In this document: piece after piece, positions 31,576 to 43,731 of the stretch
Position numbering within the stretch: position 1 is the first letter of the stretch
How the letters are laid out: each line of letters opens with the position of its first letter
Assembly: GCA_025677605.1 (NCBI GenBank)
Contig: GCA_025677605.1_4110.1
Strand: one strand, 5' to 3'
Length of the DNA stretch: 64,000 nt
From: a phage
Made by a program: the position numbers and the translations under genes
The notes under the pieces: generated by a model
What the model saw: the letters and a program-made list of their open reading frames with translations, nothing else
What the model was told of the DNA's origin: nothing
Database searches by the model: none

Positions 31576-32203
31576 GTTTTAGTTTCTCAATTGCTTTGGT
31601 TTGAGAAATACCTTCTGGAAGTTCAATGTAAAAAACTTTCTTATCAGAATCAGTTTTCACATTCGTTTCGTTGGGACGAAGAGAAGGTTCTAGGTTATAA
31701 GCACGCTCATAATGCTCTTTAGCTAGTTGATCATATTTTGCAGCAGTTTTTAGTAGTTCATCAACAATAGTTTCATCTTCGACTTTTGTATCTTGAACTT
31801 GTGGATTGAATGGGTTGTAATCTTTTACTTTACCATCTTCATGTTTTTTACTTTCATTACCGTCGATTGCATCATTCAGTACATCAAGTGAAATCTTGTT
31901 GTTACCGCCAGTGTGCATGTCAATATCACAAGTACGGACTTTACGTAGATATTGTAGATTGTGAAGAACATCTAGCATTTTACGACCATCGAGATAACCT
32001 ACTTGATGCATAACTTCCCAAAGTTCAACAGAAGCTTGTCCACGACCCATAACTAAATCGGTTACAGCAGATACATATGCTTCTGGAAGTGAGTCACGAT
32101 ACACAACAAGACAATGATCATGATCATCTGGAAGTGAACGCCAAACAACGAAAACACGAGAACCAGTATTACGAATTACACCTGTGTGACGAATAGCAGC
32201 CAT
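31547..32203 (-). CDS. Hypothetical protein
   Basis: 218-aa ORF; stop overlaps the upstream start region. Confidence 0.6.
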   Translation of the reverse strand: MAAIRHTGVIRNTGSRVFVVWRSLPDDHDHCLVVYRDSLPEAYVSAVTDLVMGRGQASVELWEVMHQVGYLDGRKMLDVLHNLQYLRKVRTCDIDMHTGGNNKISLDVLNDAIDGNESKKHEDGKVKDYNPFNPQVQDTKVEDETIVDELLKTAAKYDQLAKEHYERAYNLEPSLRPNETNVKTDSDKKVFYIELPEGISQTKAIEKLKLVFAERKNG

Positions 32204-32445
32204 TATTCTTCCCCTTCTGTACCAGCGGTATCTTGTGCTTGAGCAGCAGCTTCTTCACGTTCTTTGATATCAGCAAGTGCTTTATCAGCAAATTTAACGA
32301 ACTTGGAAACAATTGGTGCTACGTTCACTAGTTCATCAACTTGAAACGCATTACGTGCAACCGCAGATTCCATAATACGAGCAGCGTTGATTAGGTCAAC
32401 TAGGTCTAGGATTACTTCGTCTTGTGCATTGTTTTCAGTACTCAT
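32203..32445 (-). CDS. Hypothetical small acidic protein
   Basis: 80-aa ORF packed in the operon. Confidence 0.5.
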   Translation of the reverse strand: MSTENNAQDEVILDLVDLINAARIMESAVARNAFQVDELVNVAPIVSKFVKFADKALADIKEREEAAAQAQDTAGTEGEE

Positions 32446-32552
32446 ATATTACTCTCCATGTATGTTATTACAATTTCCATTATATCATAGTTAATTGGGT
32501 TGTCCCAATTATAAAATAAAAGAGAACGACGAATCGTTCTCTATATTTATTT

Positions 32553-34019
32553 TTACGAACGTTGGCGTTTTTTGTCCGCTTCATATTCGTAGTGAACAGT
32601 TTCACCAAATGGTGCTACTTTGTTCGGGTTACTGTGAATCACAAACAGTGTTTTACAGTAGTTAGGATCACCCCATGACTGCCACGGTTCACCATCGGTA
32701 AACATGATAAGCTGTTTAGGCTTATAATTGTCATGCTTCATGTGAACCCAAACTGCTTCAAAGTCAGTACCGCCACCACCTTTTACTGGATATTCAAGAA
32801 TCTTACGTTCTTCACCAGTTTTATAATCCATCACAGTATAAACTTCAGTATCAAATGTCATGATACGAATTTTAAACTGCTTGAATTGTTTAGTGATGCC
32901 TAGTACTTCACTGATGAAATCACGAAGCATATCTTCACTGATAGAGCCTGATGCATCGAGTGCAATTGCAATATCAATATCGTCATCTGGTTTCATGCCT
33001 GGGAAGATTGGATTCCCGTAGAATGAACCGTTAGAACCAAAACCAGCACCCCACGAACGGCGGCTTGGGCTTTGATAGGTCGCATCGGACTTCAACCAGC
33101 TACGAAGAGTACGTTGAAGTTTAGAACGCCAGTCAATTTTTGGTTCTTTAAAGTTATTGATCATACGAGCGATTTCAGCAGGAGTACCACCTGCACGAGC
33201 AGCATTCATCATTGCTGTTTTGAAATCGTCCATGTATTCACGTTTTTGTGCTTCAGATGCACCACCTTCACCATCTTGTGGTACATCGTGTTGGTCAATG
33301 GTAGTGCCTTTGCCTTTACCATTTTGGATATCACCAAAAGTACCGCGTGATTTACCTTCACCTTCACCACTACCAGATTGTGGTTGTCCTTCACCTTCAC
33401 CTTGTTCTTGTTTATCTTCTTCTTCTAGAAGAATATAAATCTCTTCTGCGGTCATACCATCATACTTCTTATCATACAACCATTGACTTTGAATCTTACC
33501 AATTTTTTCACGAACAATAATTTGGTTGATTGCATAGTCTGCTGCACGGTTGTATCGTTGTGGATCACGCATCCCACGACGAAGGAAGTGATCGTATGCA
33601 CAGTGAAGAATTTCATGACAGATAACTGCAATCAGGTTTTCATCAGTCAAACCTTCGGTCATTTCTTTCAATTGTTCTTCAGTTACTTCAGGATGCTTCT
33701 CACGAATTGCTTCTTCGTATGCTTCTTTCTTGCTTGGGTCTTGAATACCCATGATAAATTCTACGTTATAGAATAAATGTTTACCATCTACTGCTAAGGT
33801 ACGACACCATGTATTGTTTGCAACTGGACGCAGACGTGAAGCCAGTACACCAAAGAATGGAGCAGTTAACATCAGAGAAGTACGAGCAAGAATCAAACGG
33901 TCTTGGCATTCTTTCTGGAGTTGTGGTGTTACGTCGCTAAATTTCTTATCGGACATGATATTTCCTCGTTTAGTTAAGATAAAAGAAGGATACCATGTGG
34001 CATCCTTCTTGTCAAACAT
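32553..34019 (-). CDS. VWA-domain protein with N-terminal HExxH metallopeptidase-like motif
   Basis: HExxH in AVICHEILHCAYDH; Gly/Glu-rich linker; VWA MIDAS motif DASGS in IALDASGSISEDM. Confidence 0.85.
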   Translation of the reverse strand: MFDKKDATWYPSFILTKRGNIMSDKKFSDVTPQLQKECQDRLILARTSLMLTAPFFGVLASRLRPVANNTWCRTLAVDGKHLFYNVEFIMGIQDPSKKEAYEEAIREKHPEVTEEQLKEMTEGLTDENLIAVICHEILHCAYDHFLRRGMRDPQRYNRAADYAINQIIVREKIGKIQSQWLYDKKYDGMTAEEIYILLEEEDKQEQGEGEGQPQSGSGEGEGKSRGTFGDIQNGKGKGTTIDQHDVPQDGEGGASEAQKREYMDDFKTAMMNAARAGGTPAEIARMINNFKEPKIDWRSKLQRTLRSWLKSDATYQSPSRRSWGAGFGSNGSFYGNPIFPGMKPDDDIDIAIALDASGSISEDMLRDFISEVLGITKQFKQFKIRIMTFDTEVYTVMDYKTGEERKILEYPVKGGGGTDFEAVWVHMKHDNYKPKQLIMFTDGEPWQSWGDPNYCKTLFVIHSNPNKVAPFGETVHYEYEADKKRQRS

Positions 34020-34030
34020 TCTTTTAGTTA

Positions 34031-35356
34031 TTAACCAAGAGAACGTGCTTTGCGTACTAGGTCAGAGTACTTCATAACGAAGTCTTTGAACGCTGGAACA
34101 TCTTTGTACGCAATCGCTACCTTATGTTGAGTGATGGTACGAATTGCTAGTACTGCCAGTTCTGCCTGAGTTTCGGAGAAGTTACGGTCCAGGAAGGTGA
34201 TGAAGTTGTTGCACAGCTTGCCCCACTCTTCAACTGGAAGACGTTGTTCTTGCTTCTCATTGTACAGGTCGATAATTTTATAAACCAGATTCAGAGAGAT
34301 GAAGTAGTTCGCAGAAATATCCAGCGTTGCATCAATCTCTTTAATCTCACCCTGTAGGATGGACATAGTATCTGGTAGTTTAGATACGTTTTCTACGTAT
34401 TCGATATATTCAGTTGCTACACCTTCACCAACACGACCAGCGATTAGAGCACGGAACACTTCTTTATCAATGTTGTTGCCTTTCTTCAGGTCTTCGTAGC
34501 GTGCTACTGCTTCCCATGAACGTGGAGAAGTACCACCACTGTGAGAAGGATCTTGTGGGCTAAGGGTGTTGAAGTACTTAGCACCAGTGTTGTTGATGAA
34601 CGCAACAGTACCTGGGTTCAAACGCTTAGCAATCGCGTAATCGTCAATCCAATCTTGATGGTAAGGAACCATTTCGATGTGGGTCATACGGTCACGTAGT
34701 GGCGTTGCCAGAGAGAACGTTACGCCGCCATCAGTTTCACGGTTACCTGCTGCGAGAATCAGTGCAGTCTTAGGTAGCTTCATCTCACCAACACAACGGT
34801 CGAGGATTAGCTGATAAGACGCTGCCTGTACAATCGGCATAGCAGAGTTAATTTCGTCAAACAGGATAACACCTTTCCAATCTGGAGACAGTTTCAGTAC
34901 TTTAGGTGCTGCCCATACAACTGCTGTTTCAGCGATATAATCTTTAGCTGTTTCCAGTTCAGATTCAATCAGTTGTTTGCCATCCATATCCAGGAACACT
35001 TTTTCAGGGACTGGGATACCACGTAGGTCACTTGGTTCAATCTGTGACAAACGGAAGTCGATGAAGTTAGTGTCTTGGTCAATCAGTTTTGCTTCAAACG
35101 CTGCCAGTTCGCGGCGAAGTGCATCAGCATTTTCAGTATCAACTTCAATTTGTTGTTTCATGAACTCGATTTTAGCCAAGTTATCCTTACGAAGAGGATA
35201 GTTCTCGTCAGCGTATTGACGTGCAATCGCAGACTTACCGATACCAGGGCTACCCCAAATCATCAGACTATCCTGAATTTTATCTGCCAGAGCCATAGCC
35301 ATTTTTGCTTTCTTAGGAGTCAGTTTTACGTTCAGGATATCTTGTTGTTCGCTCAT
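34031..35356 (-). CDS. MoxR-like AAA+ ATPase
   Basis: Walker A GSPGIGKS, Walker B ILFDEIN, ~100-aa insertion between them; immediately upstream of the VWA gene; AAGGA RBS. Confidence 0.85.
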   Translation of the reverse strand: MSEQQDILNVKLTPKKAKMAMALADKIQDSLMIWGSPGIGKSAIARQYADENYPLRKDNLAKIEFMKQQIEVDTENADALRRELAAFEAKLIDQDTNFIDFRLSQIEPSDLRGIPVPEKVFLDMDGKQLIESELETAKDYIAETAVVWAAPKVLKLSPDWKGVILFDEINSAMPIVQAASYQLILDRCVGEMKLPKTALILAAGNRETDGGVTFSLATPLRDRMTHIEMVPYHQDWIDDYAIAKRLNPGTVAFINNTGAKYFNTLSPQDPSHSGGTSPRSWEAVARYEDLKKGNNIDKEVFRALIAGRVGEGVATEYIEYVENVSKLPDTMSILQGEIKEIDATLDISANYFISLNLVYKIIDLYNEKQEQRLPVEEWGKLCNNFITFLDRNFSETQAELAVLAIRTITQHKVAIAYKDVPAFKDFVMKYSDLVRKARSLG

Positions 35357-35421
35357 GTGTATTTTCCTTTTGTTGGATAAAAAACTAGGTTTATATTATA
35401 ACCAATCCGTTGGCAAAAGTA

Positions 35422-35461
35422 AAGGAACTGTGTTAAAAGTATTTTAACTTATCAGTTCCTT
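35422..35461 (-). promoter_or_regulatory. Nested inverted repeat in the 5' leader of the MoxR-like gene
   Basis: AAGGAACTG...CAGTTCCTT outer arms (9 bp) enclosing GTTAAAA-GTA-TTTTAAC. Confidence 0.45.
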
Positions 35462-35523
35462 ATCTTCAGTGAATCATCCGTGTGTTTAAAAAGGTCAATC
35501 TTGTTTGCCGTCTTGATGTGGTC

Positions 35524-35551
35524 ATTATATCACATCGTTCAGGCTTGTCAA
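35524..35551 (-). promoter_or_regulatory. Consensus sigma70-type promoter P1 (TTGACA-16nt-TGaTATAAT)
   Basis: Minus strand reads TTGACA, 16-nt spacer, TATAAT preceded by TG; perfect -35 and -10 hexamers. Confidence 0.75.
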
Positions 35552-35616
35552 CAACTTTTTTTCTTTCTTTTTCAATCTCACATCTTGTGATTTTGAAATC
35601 TTGCTTCGTGACGTTC

Positions 35617-35644
35617 ATTATATCACGTTAATCTGTACTGTCAA
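35617..35644 (-). promoter_or_regulatory. Consensus sigma70-type promoter P2, tandem copy of P1
   Basis: Second TTGACA-16nt-TGaTATAAT about 93 bp upstream of P1, same orientation; flanks also similar. Confidence 0.75.
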
Positions 35645-35708
35645 CATCTTTTTCATTTTTATTTTCGAAGCGTTCTACATATGCATCGAAAATAACTGCT
35701 TGAAATCA

Positions 35709-36053
35709 TCACCGACACAATGTTAATTCAGTAACTACCATTGCGTCGGAGAGATATATGTAGTAGCCATCAACATAATAAGGACTTCTACATATTCTAT
35801 CAAGCGATGTAAATATTATAGAGCTTTTGAACTCTCTTAGCAAGGGGATTTTTGTAAATTCATAAAGATTATTTTCTTCACAAATCATAAATCCATACTT
35901 ACTAAGCCTCAAACCACCACCAGTTCTGAAGTTTTCAAAAATAGACATCAGAAGCATTCTGTCAGTGATTTCAGCGTCCGATTCATGTACTTCTTTAACT
36001 TTTATAAGTACTTCATTTTGAAATTCAGTGCTGTTAGTGGGTTGTGGTATCAT
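35709..36053 (-). CDS. Hypothetical protein
   Basis: 114-aa ORF. Confidence 0.55.
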   Translation of the reverse strand: MIPQPTNSTEFQNEVLIKVKEVHESDAEITDRMLLMSIFENFRTGGGLRLSKYGFMICEENNLYEFTKIPLLREFKSSIIFTSLDRICRSPYYVDGYYIYLSDAMVVTELTLCR

Positions 36054-36055
36054 AA

Positions 36056-36457
36056 TTACATCCCCACAAAACCTTGTCTGGCAGCATAAGAAGGAGCATC
36101 TTTAACTTTATAGCTACGATGACCTTCACTGTCAACTTTAGGAGCCATATCTTCAGTACCGAAATCTTCTTCAATTTCTTTAGTACTGTCTTTTGCTTCT
36201 AAGTCATCATTATATTCCACATCTGCCAAAATGTCACATGCTTTTTTAAGTTTTTCTGCGATTTCTTTATGGTCAGAACCTTCTTCTTTTGCTTTATCAA
36301 CTAAAGCAACTAAAGATGTAGTGATTTCCTTTAGTAAATCAACGATAACGTTGTCCGAATCTTCTTGGACAACGATACCATTTTCTTCTTGAGGAACTTC
36401 TTCTTCTGCCATAATCGCATCTAGTGATTCCACTAGTTCACGATAGTTGTATGACAT
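36056..36457 (-). CDS. Acidic hypothetical protein
   Basis: 133-aa ORF, strongly E/D-rich. Confidence 0.6.
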   Translation of the reverse strand: MSYNYRELVESLDAIMAEEEVPQEENGIVVQEDSDNVIVDLLKEITTSLVALVDKAKEEGSDHKEIAEKLKKACDILADVEYNDDLEAKDSTKEIEEDFGTEDMAPKVDSEGHRSYKVKDAPSYAARQGFVGM

Positions 36458-36458
36458 A

Positions 36459-37409
36459 TTACTTATCTCCTAGAAACTTATTGTACTTACTTTGGAGACT
36501 TTCAAAAATGTCTTCTACAGATTCGTCTTCTTCAGACTCTTCTTCTTCAGCTTCGTAAACATTAAGTGGGTTATCACCTAGAGCAGTACCAGGTGCTTTT
36601 GGCTTGAATTCATGTACACGATGTACATTGCCTTCATTATCATATTCTTCTGGATTTGGAACATTGTCAAGTTCTTCTTGAACAACACGTCTCCAGTAGA
36701 ATTGGTTTCCTTTAGGAACTACGATGAAGTTATCACCTTCAACACCATTGGTTTTAGCTTGACCATCTTGAACAGCATCGTATTCAGAACGGAAAGGACC
36801 AAAATCAGTTGTGTCAAGTGCTGGACTCTCTTCTTCTAGACTTAGGTCAGGAAGGATTTGAGATTCAGTAACTTCTTCTTCAATTTCTTCTTCATCTTCA
36901 TCTACTGCTTCAGTAACAGGAAGACCAGCTAGAGACATCATACGACCGAAATCGAATTCTTCTTCAATAACTTCTTCGTCTTCATCTGATAGAGTAGATT
37001 CTAGCTTAGGTTGACCACTCATGTCAAGAGAAAGTTCATCTTCTTCACCAGGAGCTTCAACATCGATAACTGGAATGTCAGCTTCACCTTCTGCATCAGC
37101 ACCGAAATCAGTTACTGAACCAGATAGATCATCAACAGCTTGTGCTAGTGGGTCTTCTTCACCAATTTCTGGAACAGGTGCTACATCAGCACCCATTTCT
37201 GGAGCAACAACTTCTGGTTCTTCCGCTGAACCACCAAAAGAACCGAAGTCAAGTGGAGCGATTGGAGAAACAGTAGGTGCTACGGATGATTGCTTTTCAG
37301 CTTGACCAGCTAGTGCAAGCATACGGGATAGTGCTTCTAGATCATCAGATTCTAGACCAGCAATATCAATTTTAACCTGTGCTTCATTAATTTTTTTTGC
37401 CATTTTCAA
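36459..37409 (-). CDS. Highly acidic low-complexity protein (scaffold or internal-protein-like)
   Basis: 316-aa ORF with long E/D runs; AAGGA RBS. Confidence 0.65.
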   Translation of the reverse strand: MKMAKKINEAQVKIDIAGLESDDLEALSRMLALAGQAEKQSSVAPTVSPIAPLDFGSFGGSAEEPEVVAPEMGADVAPVPEIGEEDPLAQAVDDLSGSVTDFGADAEGEADIPVIDVEAPGEEDELSLDMSGQPKLESTLSDEDEEVIEEEFDFGRMMSLAGLPVTEAVDEDEEEIEEEVTESQILPDLSLEEESPALDTTDFGPFRSEYDAVQDGQAKTNGVEGDNFIVVPKGNQFYWRRVVQEELDNVPNPEEYDNEGNVHRVHEFKPKAPGTALGDNPLNVYEAEEEESEEDESVEDIFESLQSKYNKFLGDK

Positions 37410-37422
37410 TAAATCCTTTTAG

Positions 37423-38895
37423 TTATTCATCATTATTATTTAATGATTTTAAAATCTGCACTACTTCATCTTTATTACCAGCTAATAGAATGTCAGCGGC
37501 TAGTAAAGAAACCTTATCACCACGGGTTAGCAGTACTGTAATCTTTTTCGCATAAGGAGAAGATTTAATTTGTGATGCAAGTGCTTCCATACCATTCCCT
37601 TGCTCAACTTCTGGTTCAGGGGTCGGTTCTGGTTTAGGCTCTTCCTTTGGTTCTTCTTTCGGTTCAGCCTGTGCTTCAGGTTTAGGTTCTTCTTGTGCTT
37701 TTGGTTCTTCTTGTGGTGCGTCATTTGGTTTAGGTTCATTCTCTGATTTAGAAGATTCAAAACGATCCAGAATAGCTTGTGCAGCACTTTTTGGAATCAT
37801 TTTACCATCTGGACCAATGAATCGATCACCACCAACGTATACATATTCTTTACCTTTCTTAGAAGTAACTTTTGTTCCGATTTTCATTGCACCGGATTCG
37901 TTATGTTTAAGAATAGCTTGTTGTGCAGCACGCTCAATACTTTGTGCAGCACCTGAATTTAATTGTTTTTTAGTTTCAACATCAAACCAAGCACCACGTT
38001 GTTTAGCATAAGTTTTGTTTTTACCAGAAGTAAAACGGTATCCATCTGGTACACCAACTGCTGGTTCATCTTCAGCTTCGGTAACTTTTTCTGGCTTCTG
38101 TACAGAACCAAAACGTTGTTCTTCACCAGTACTAGCACCAGTTAAAGAAGGGAAATCTTCAGGATTTGCCTTAACGAACTGTGAATATGCTTGGAAAATA
38201 GCTTTCGAGCCTTGTTCAGATACTACCACATTACCGTCATTATCGCAAAATTCTTTACCGTTCCATTCAGAACGAACATTACCTTGAATCAATACAGATT
38301 TCAATGGGATTAGCTTATTGTTTGTAGATAATTGGCGAGCAATGCGAAGACCTTCTTCACTTAGCTTACGTGTCATTTCTGGGCTTACAGGGCGACCGCT
38401 TTTTAGTTCAACAAAGCGATGACTGTTAGGAATAAACTTATATCCTTGAACTACCATACCTGCTGGGATAGAAATATCTTGTGCATGTGGGGGTAGAATA
38501 TAAAATTTCAAAGTACTCCACTCTTTTTGTAGAGTTTCTTTGGAAACTTGATATACACGTTGTTCATCACCCATTAGTTCTGTAATCACTTCACTTTCAG
38601 AAAGAATAGTACCGTCATCACTATGGAAGCGGCTTTCACCGATGAACGTACACTCTTTTCCATTGTGAAGATAGTTTTCGCCAATTTTAAATGCAGTGTT
38701 TGATTTATTGTTGTGCTCAACAATTTGTTGTCGAGCACAAGCATACATATTTGGATATTTTTGTGGATCAACCATCATCATATTACTATCATTGAACCAC
38801 ATACCTTCTAAGAAGACATATTTTGCTCCAGTATGGGAAGTATAGATATACCCATTAGGAACTACCGTACTTTCAGTACTGAATAATTTAAGCAT
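37423..38895 (-). CDS. Hypothetical protein with Pro/Glu/Lys-rich repeat linker
   Basis: 490-aa ORF; central EPKPEAQAEPKEEPKEEPKPEPTPEPE low-complexity stretch. Confidence 0.7.
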   Translation of the reverse strand: MLKLFSTESTVVPNGYIYTSHTGAKYVFLEGMWFNDSNMMMVDPQKYPNMYACARQQIVEHNNKSNTAFKIGENYLHNGKECTFIGESRFHSDDGTILSESEVITELMGDEQRVYQVSKETLQKEWSTLKFYILPPHAQDISIPAGMVVQGYKFIPNSHRFVELKSGRPVSPEMTRKLSEEGLRIARQLSTNNKLIPLKSVLIQGNVRSEWNGKEFCDNDGNVVVSEQGSKAIFQAYSQFVKANPEDFPSLTGASTGEEQRFGSVQKPEKVTEAEDEPAVGVPDGYRFTSGKNKTYAKQRGAWFDVETKKQLNSGAAQSIERAAQQAILKHNESGAMKIGTKVTSKKGKEYVYVGGDRFIGPDGKMIPKSAAQAILDRFESSKSENEPKPNDAPQEEPKAQEEPKPEAQAEPKEEPKEEPKPEPTPEPEVEQGNGMEALASQIKSSPYAKKITVLLTRGDKVSLLAADILLAGNKDEVVQILKSLNNNDE

Positions 38896-38907
38896 TGTAT
38901 TATCCCC

Positions 38908-39459
38908 TTACGAAATCATTCGAAGTAGTTGCTCACGTTCAGCAGGACTTAGACCTTGTAGAATACCAGCAATACCTTGTGATTGGGTAGATGGATTCGC
39001 CGCTGGTTGTGGTGGTTCATTTGAAGCTTGTGGTGCTGCTGCTGGTTCACTTTGTGGTTTAGCTGGTGCTGGCTCTTCTTGATCACGATATGTGTTCATG
39101 TATTCACGAGCAGCCTGTAATAGAGCGTTACCAACATCTTTTGGTGTAAAAGAACGGCGTTGATTATTACCGAGGAATTTCACATCCAATTGATTACCTT
39201 TGAAGAATTGTGCAACATCAGCATATGGAACAGAGCTTTGTGCTTTGCCATATTTTTTACCAATATATCGTTTAAATTCAGCCCATAGGCGGTTAGCTTC
39301 TGCACCAACTTCCTGTGCACCTTGCTCAATCTGCCCACTACCGAACATACCTTTTACTTTCCCTTTAGCACTATCAATAGCACTTTGAGAACGACTATAA
39401 GGACGAGCTTCATTCAGTTCATTGTCCTCATACTCAAACATTTCATTAAGTATACTCAT
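38908..39459 (-). CDS. Hypothetical protein
   Basis: 183-aa ORF with Pro/Ala/Gln-rich C-terminal region. Confidence 0.65.
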   Translation of the reverse strand: MSILNEMFEYEDNELNEARPYSRSQSAIDSAKGKVKGMFGSGQIEQGAQEVGAEANRLWAEFKRYIGKKYGKAQSSVPYADVAQFFKGNQLDVKFLGNNQRRSFTPKDVGNALLQAAREYMNTYRDQEEPAPAKPQSEPAAAPQASNEPPQPAANPSTQSQGIAGILQGLSPAEREQLLRMIS

Positions 39460-39462
39460 CGT

Positions 39463-39993
39463 TTATTCCTTTTTACCAAAACCAGCACTCATATATTGAG
39501 AGTATTTATTATCACGTTTAATCTCTTCTTTTGCGTCTTCAACTGCTTTATCAGCACGTTCTTGACCAGAAATACCAGTACTATCTACTGCATCACCGAA
39601 ATCTTTTCCGATAACACGAATTTCGTCAAAATCAACGTCATCTTCACTGATTGACATTTCGATTTGACGTGGTTCATCTTTACCGCGAACACGAATAAGT
39701 GCTTCAGTAACAGATAGAAGGTTTCCAATTTCATACATTAGTACATTAGACTGTACACCACGATTACATTTGAAATCAAACATCCAGATTTCACCACAAT
39801 CTAGTTCATAAAAGTCTAGTGGTTTTTCCATGAAAATAGTTTTCTTCAGAGCACCAACTTCGAAAGCATCATAGCGATCTACTAGACGTTGGGTAACTTT
39901 ACTCAATTGTTCAGTACTAGGTTCAAATGCAAATTTGACACGATATTCATATACAGGTTTATTTTCTGTTAGAATTTGTTGTAGTTTGTTCAT
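39463..39993 (-). CDS. Hypothetical protein
   Basis: 176-aa ORF. Confidence 0.65.
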   Translation of the reverse strand: MNKLQQILTENKPVYEYRVKFAFEPSTEQLSKVTQRLVDRYDAFEVGALKKTIFMEKPLDFYELDCGEIWMFDFKCNRGVQSNVLMYEIGNLLSVTEALIRVRGKDEPRQIEMSISEDDVDFDEIRVIGKDFGDAVDSTGISGQERADKAVEDAKEEIKRDNKYSQYMSAGFGKKE

Positions 39994-40021
39994 TTAATAA
40001 CTCCATTAATGGTCGTTTAAG

Positions 40022-42135
<2,114 letters not shown>

Positions 42136-42146
42136 AGTACTTCTCC

Positions 42147-42923
42147 TTAAAATCCTATATTACCGAATACACGGTCAATGATATCTAGTCCTTGATTAAC
42201 TTTTTCTGGTAGTAATGAATTAATGCGAGTACTATACATTTCTTCAATATTATCAAATTGAATACAATTATCAGGCTTAATTGTAATATCCATAGTTACT
42301 GGTGCACTAGAGCTATATTCCAATGTATCGTAACTGATATTGGTGATGATACACCCTGTAAGAACAAAGTATTCCATTACACCAGCACTGTTATAGTTTG
42401 AGCCACCAATGAACTGATCTACTGCATTAACTAACCCACCATTATTTGTCACAGCGGTTGCAGCAGAAACAGCCGTATTTCTTGCCAAATCTTCAATACT
42501 ATCATCTGTGTTACGTCCATTTAGCATTTGAATAACCATACCAAATTTATACGAACCATAGTCTTGTTCACTTCTGGAGGTAATACGTCTTTGAAAATCT
42601 AATTGTTTTTGTAACTGTCTAGACAATGCTTTAGCACTTTCATTGCCAATTGAATCACGAATTGTTAGTGTGATGGGTTCCCAGTTATGATTACCAATAT
42701 ATGTAGTATTGGTAGTAAAATGGTTCAATTTATGAGTACTGAATGTTACTGTTGGTCTATCAACTTTATCAACATCTAATGCGATGTGATCACGCTCATC
42801 AATATCAGTACCGAAATTATAAACAATAACTCTAAATTTGTACTTCGCTTTAGGTTGTAGCATTGTTTTATTTCTTCCTGATGGTAATGGAACGCCATAT
42901 TTACTAATCATGTTTTTTGCCAT
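42147..42923 (-). CDS. Tail tube-like protein, paralog B
   Basis: Shares N-terminal block with 43011-43694 (YGVPL...KAKYKFRVI, SIGNESAKAL); downstream of sheath gene. Tube function inferred from synteny. Confidence 0.7.
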   Translation of the reverse strand: MAKNMISKYGVPLPSGRNKTMLQPKAKYKFRVIVYNFGTDIDERDHIALDVDKVDRPTVTFSTHKLNHFTTNTTYIGNHNWEPITLTIRDSIGNESAKALSRQLQKQLDFQRRITSRSEQDYGSYKFGMVIQMLNGRNTDDSIEDLARNTAVSAATAVTNNGGLVNAVDQFIGGSNYNSAGVMEYFVLTGCIITNISYDTLEYSSSAPVTMDITIKPDNCIQFDNIEEMYSTRINSLLPEKVNQGLDIIDRVFGNIGF

Positions 42924-42964
42924 AGCAACCTCTTTTAATTTAAGGTATTATACTTTATTTAGCA

Positions 42965-42996
42965 TAAAAAAAGCCCCGAAATAGTTTCGAGGCTTT
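42965..42996 (-). terminator. Intrinsic terminator between the two tube paralogs
   Basis: Minus-strand RNA forms AGCCUCGAAA...UUUCGGGGCU hairpin (one G-U) followed by UUUUUUU. Confidence 0.65.
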
Positions 42997-43010
42997 AGAA
43001 GTATCTTTAA

Positions 43011-43694
43011 TTAATCAAAGAAGTTTGTATCAGGTAGTGTAGTACTACTAATGTTGGTTTGTGCACCACTAATAGAAGATGCAGTACTTGGATTACCGAA
43101 ACCAGTAACTTCATCACCGAATGCTTCACCGTTTGGACCCAACTTAGCACAACCATCTGGTTGAACAGTCATAGTAATAACTTGTGCTTCGCTTGAAGAA
43201 TAATCCCAATCACCAAAGTTGCTGGATTCAATAAAGCAACCCTGACAAACCCAAGTACTTAGAGTACCTTCAAAAAGGTTTGTTGCATTTTCGCTATTAG
43301 AACCATCTAGTTCTTGAATCCACATTTCAAATTTAAACTGGGAATCAGTCATACGTGATTCTTGACTATAGTAGTTGAATTCTTTACGCATTTGGTTGTA
43401 AAGTGCTTTTGCTGAAGCATTACCAACTGAATCACGGAAAGCAACTTCAATCGCATCCCAAGTATATTTGCCTTTATAGTGTGCGGAACTGTTATAACTA
43501 TGAACAGTTACGTTTTCATGCGATACAGATACTGCACCAACAGTGTTTGTATCTAGTGTAATCATGTTGCCATCATCATTGGCACCAAAACCAAAGAAAA
43601 TTACACGGAATTTATATTTTGCTTTTGGTTGTTTCATTGAAATACGACCACCACCAGCAAGCGGAACGCCATATCGATCTAGCATAGTAGCCAT
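43011..43694 (-). CDS. Tail tube-like protein, paralog A
   Basis: 227-aa ORF directly downstream of sheath; paralogous to 42147-42923; perfect TATAAATA about 40 nt upstream. Confidence 0.7.
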   Translation of the reverse strand: MATMLDRYGVPLAGGGRISMKQPKAKYKFRVIFFGFGANDDGNMITLDTNTVGAVSVSHENVTVHSYNSSAHYKGKYTWDAIEVAFRDSVGNASAKALYNQMRKEFNYYSQESRMTDSQFKFEMWIQELDGSNSENATNLFEGTLSTWVCQGCFIESSNFGDWDYSSSEAQVITMTVQPDGCAKLGPNGEAFGDEVTGFGNPSTASSISGAQTNISSTTLPDTNFFD

Positions 43695-43731
43695 TAATTA
43701 ATTCTCCTATTAGGAAATGAGATCTTTATAT

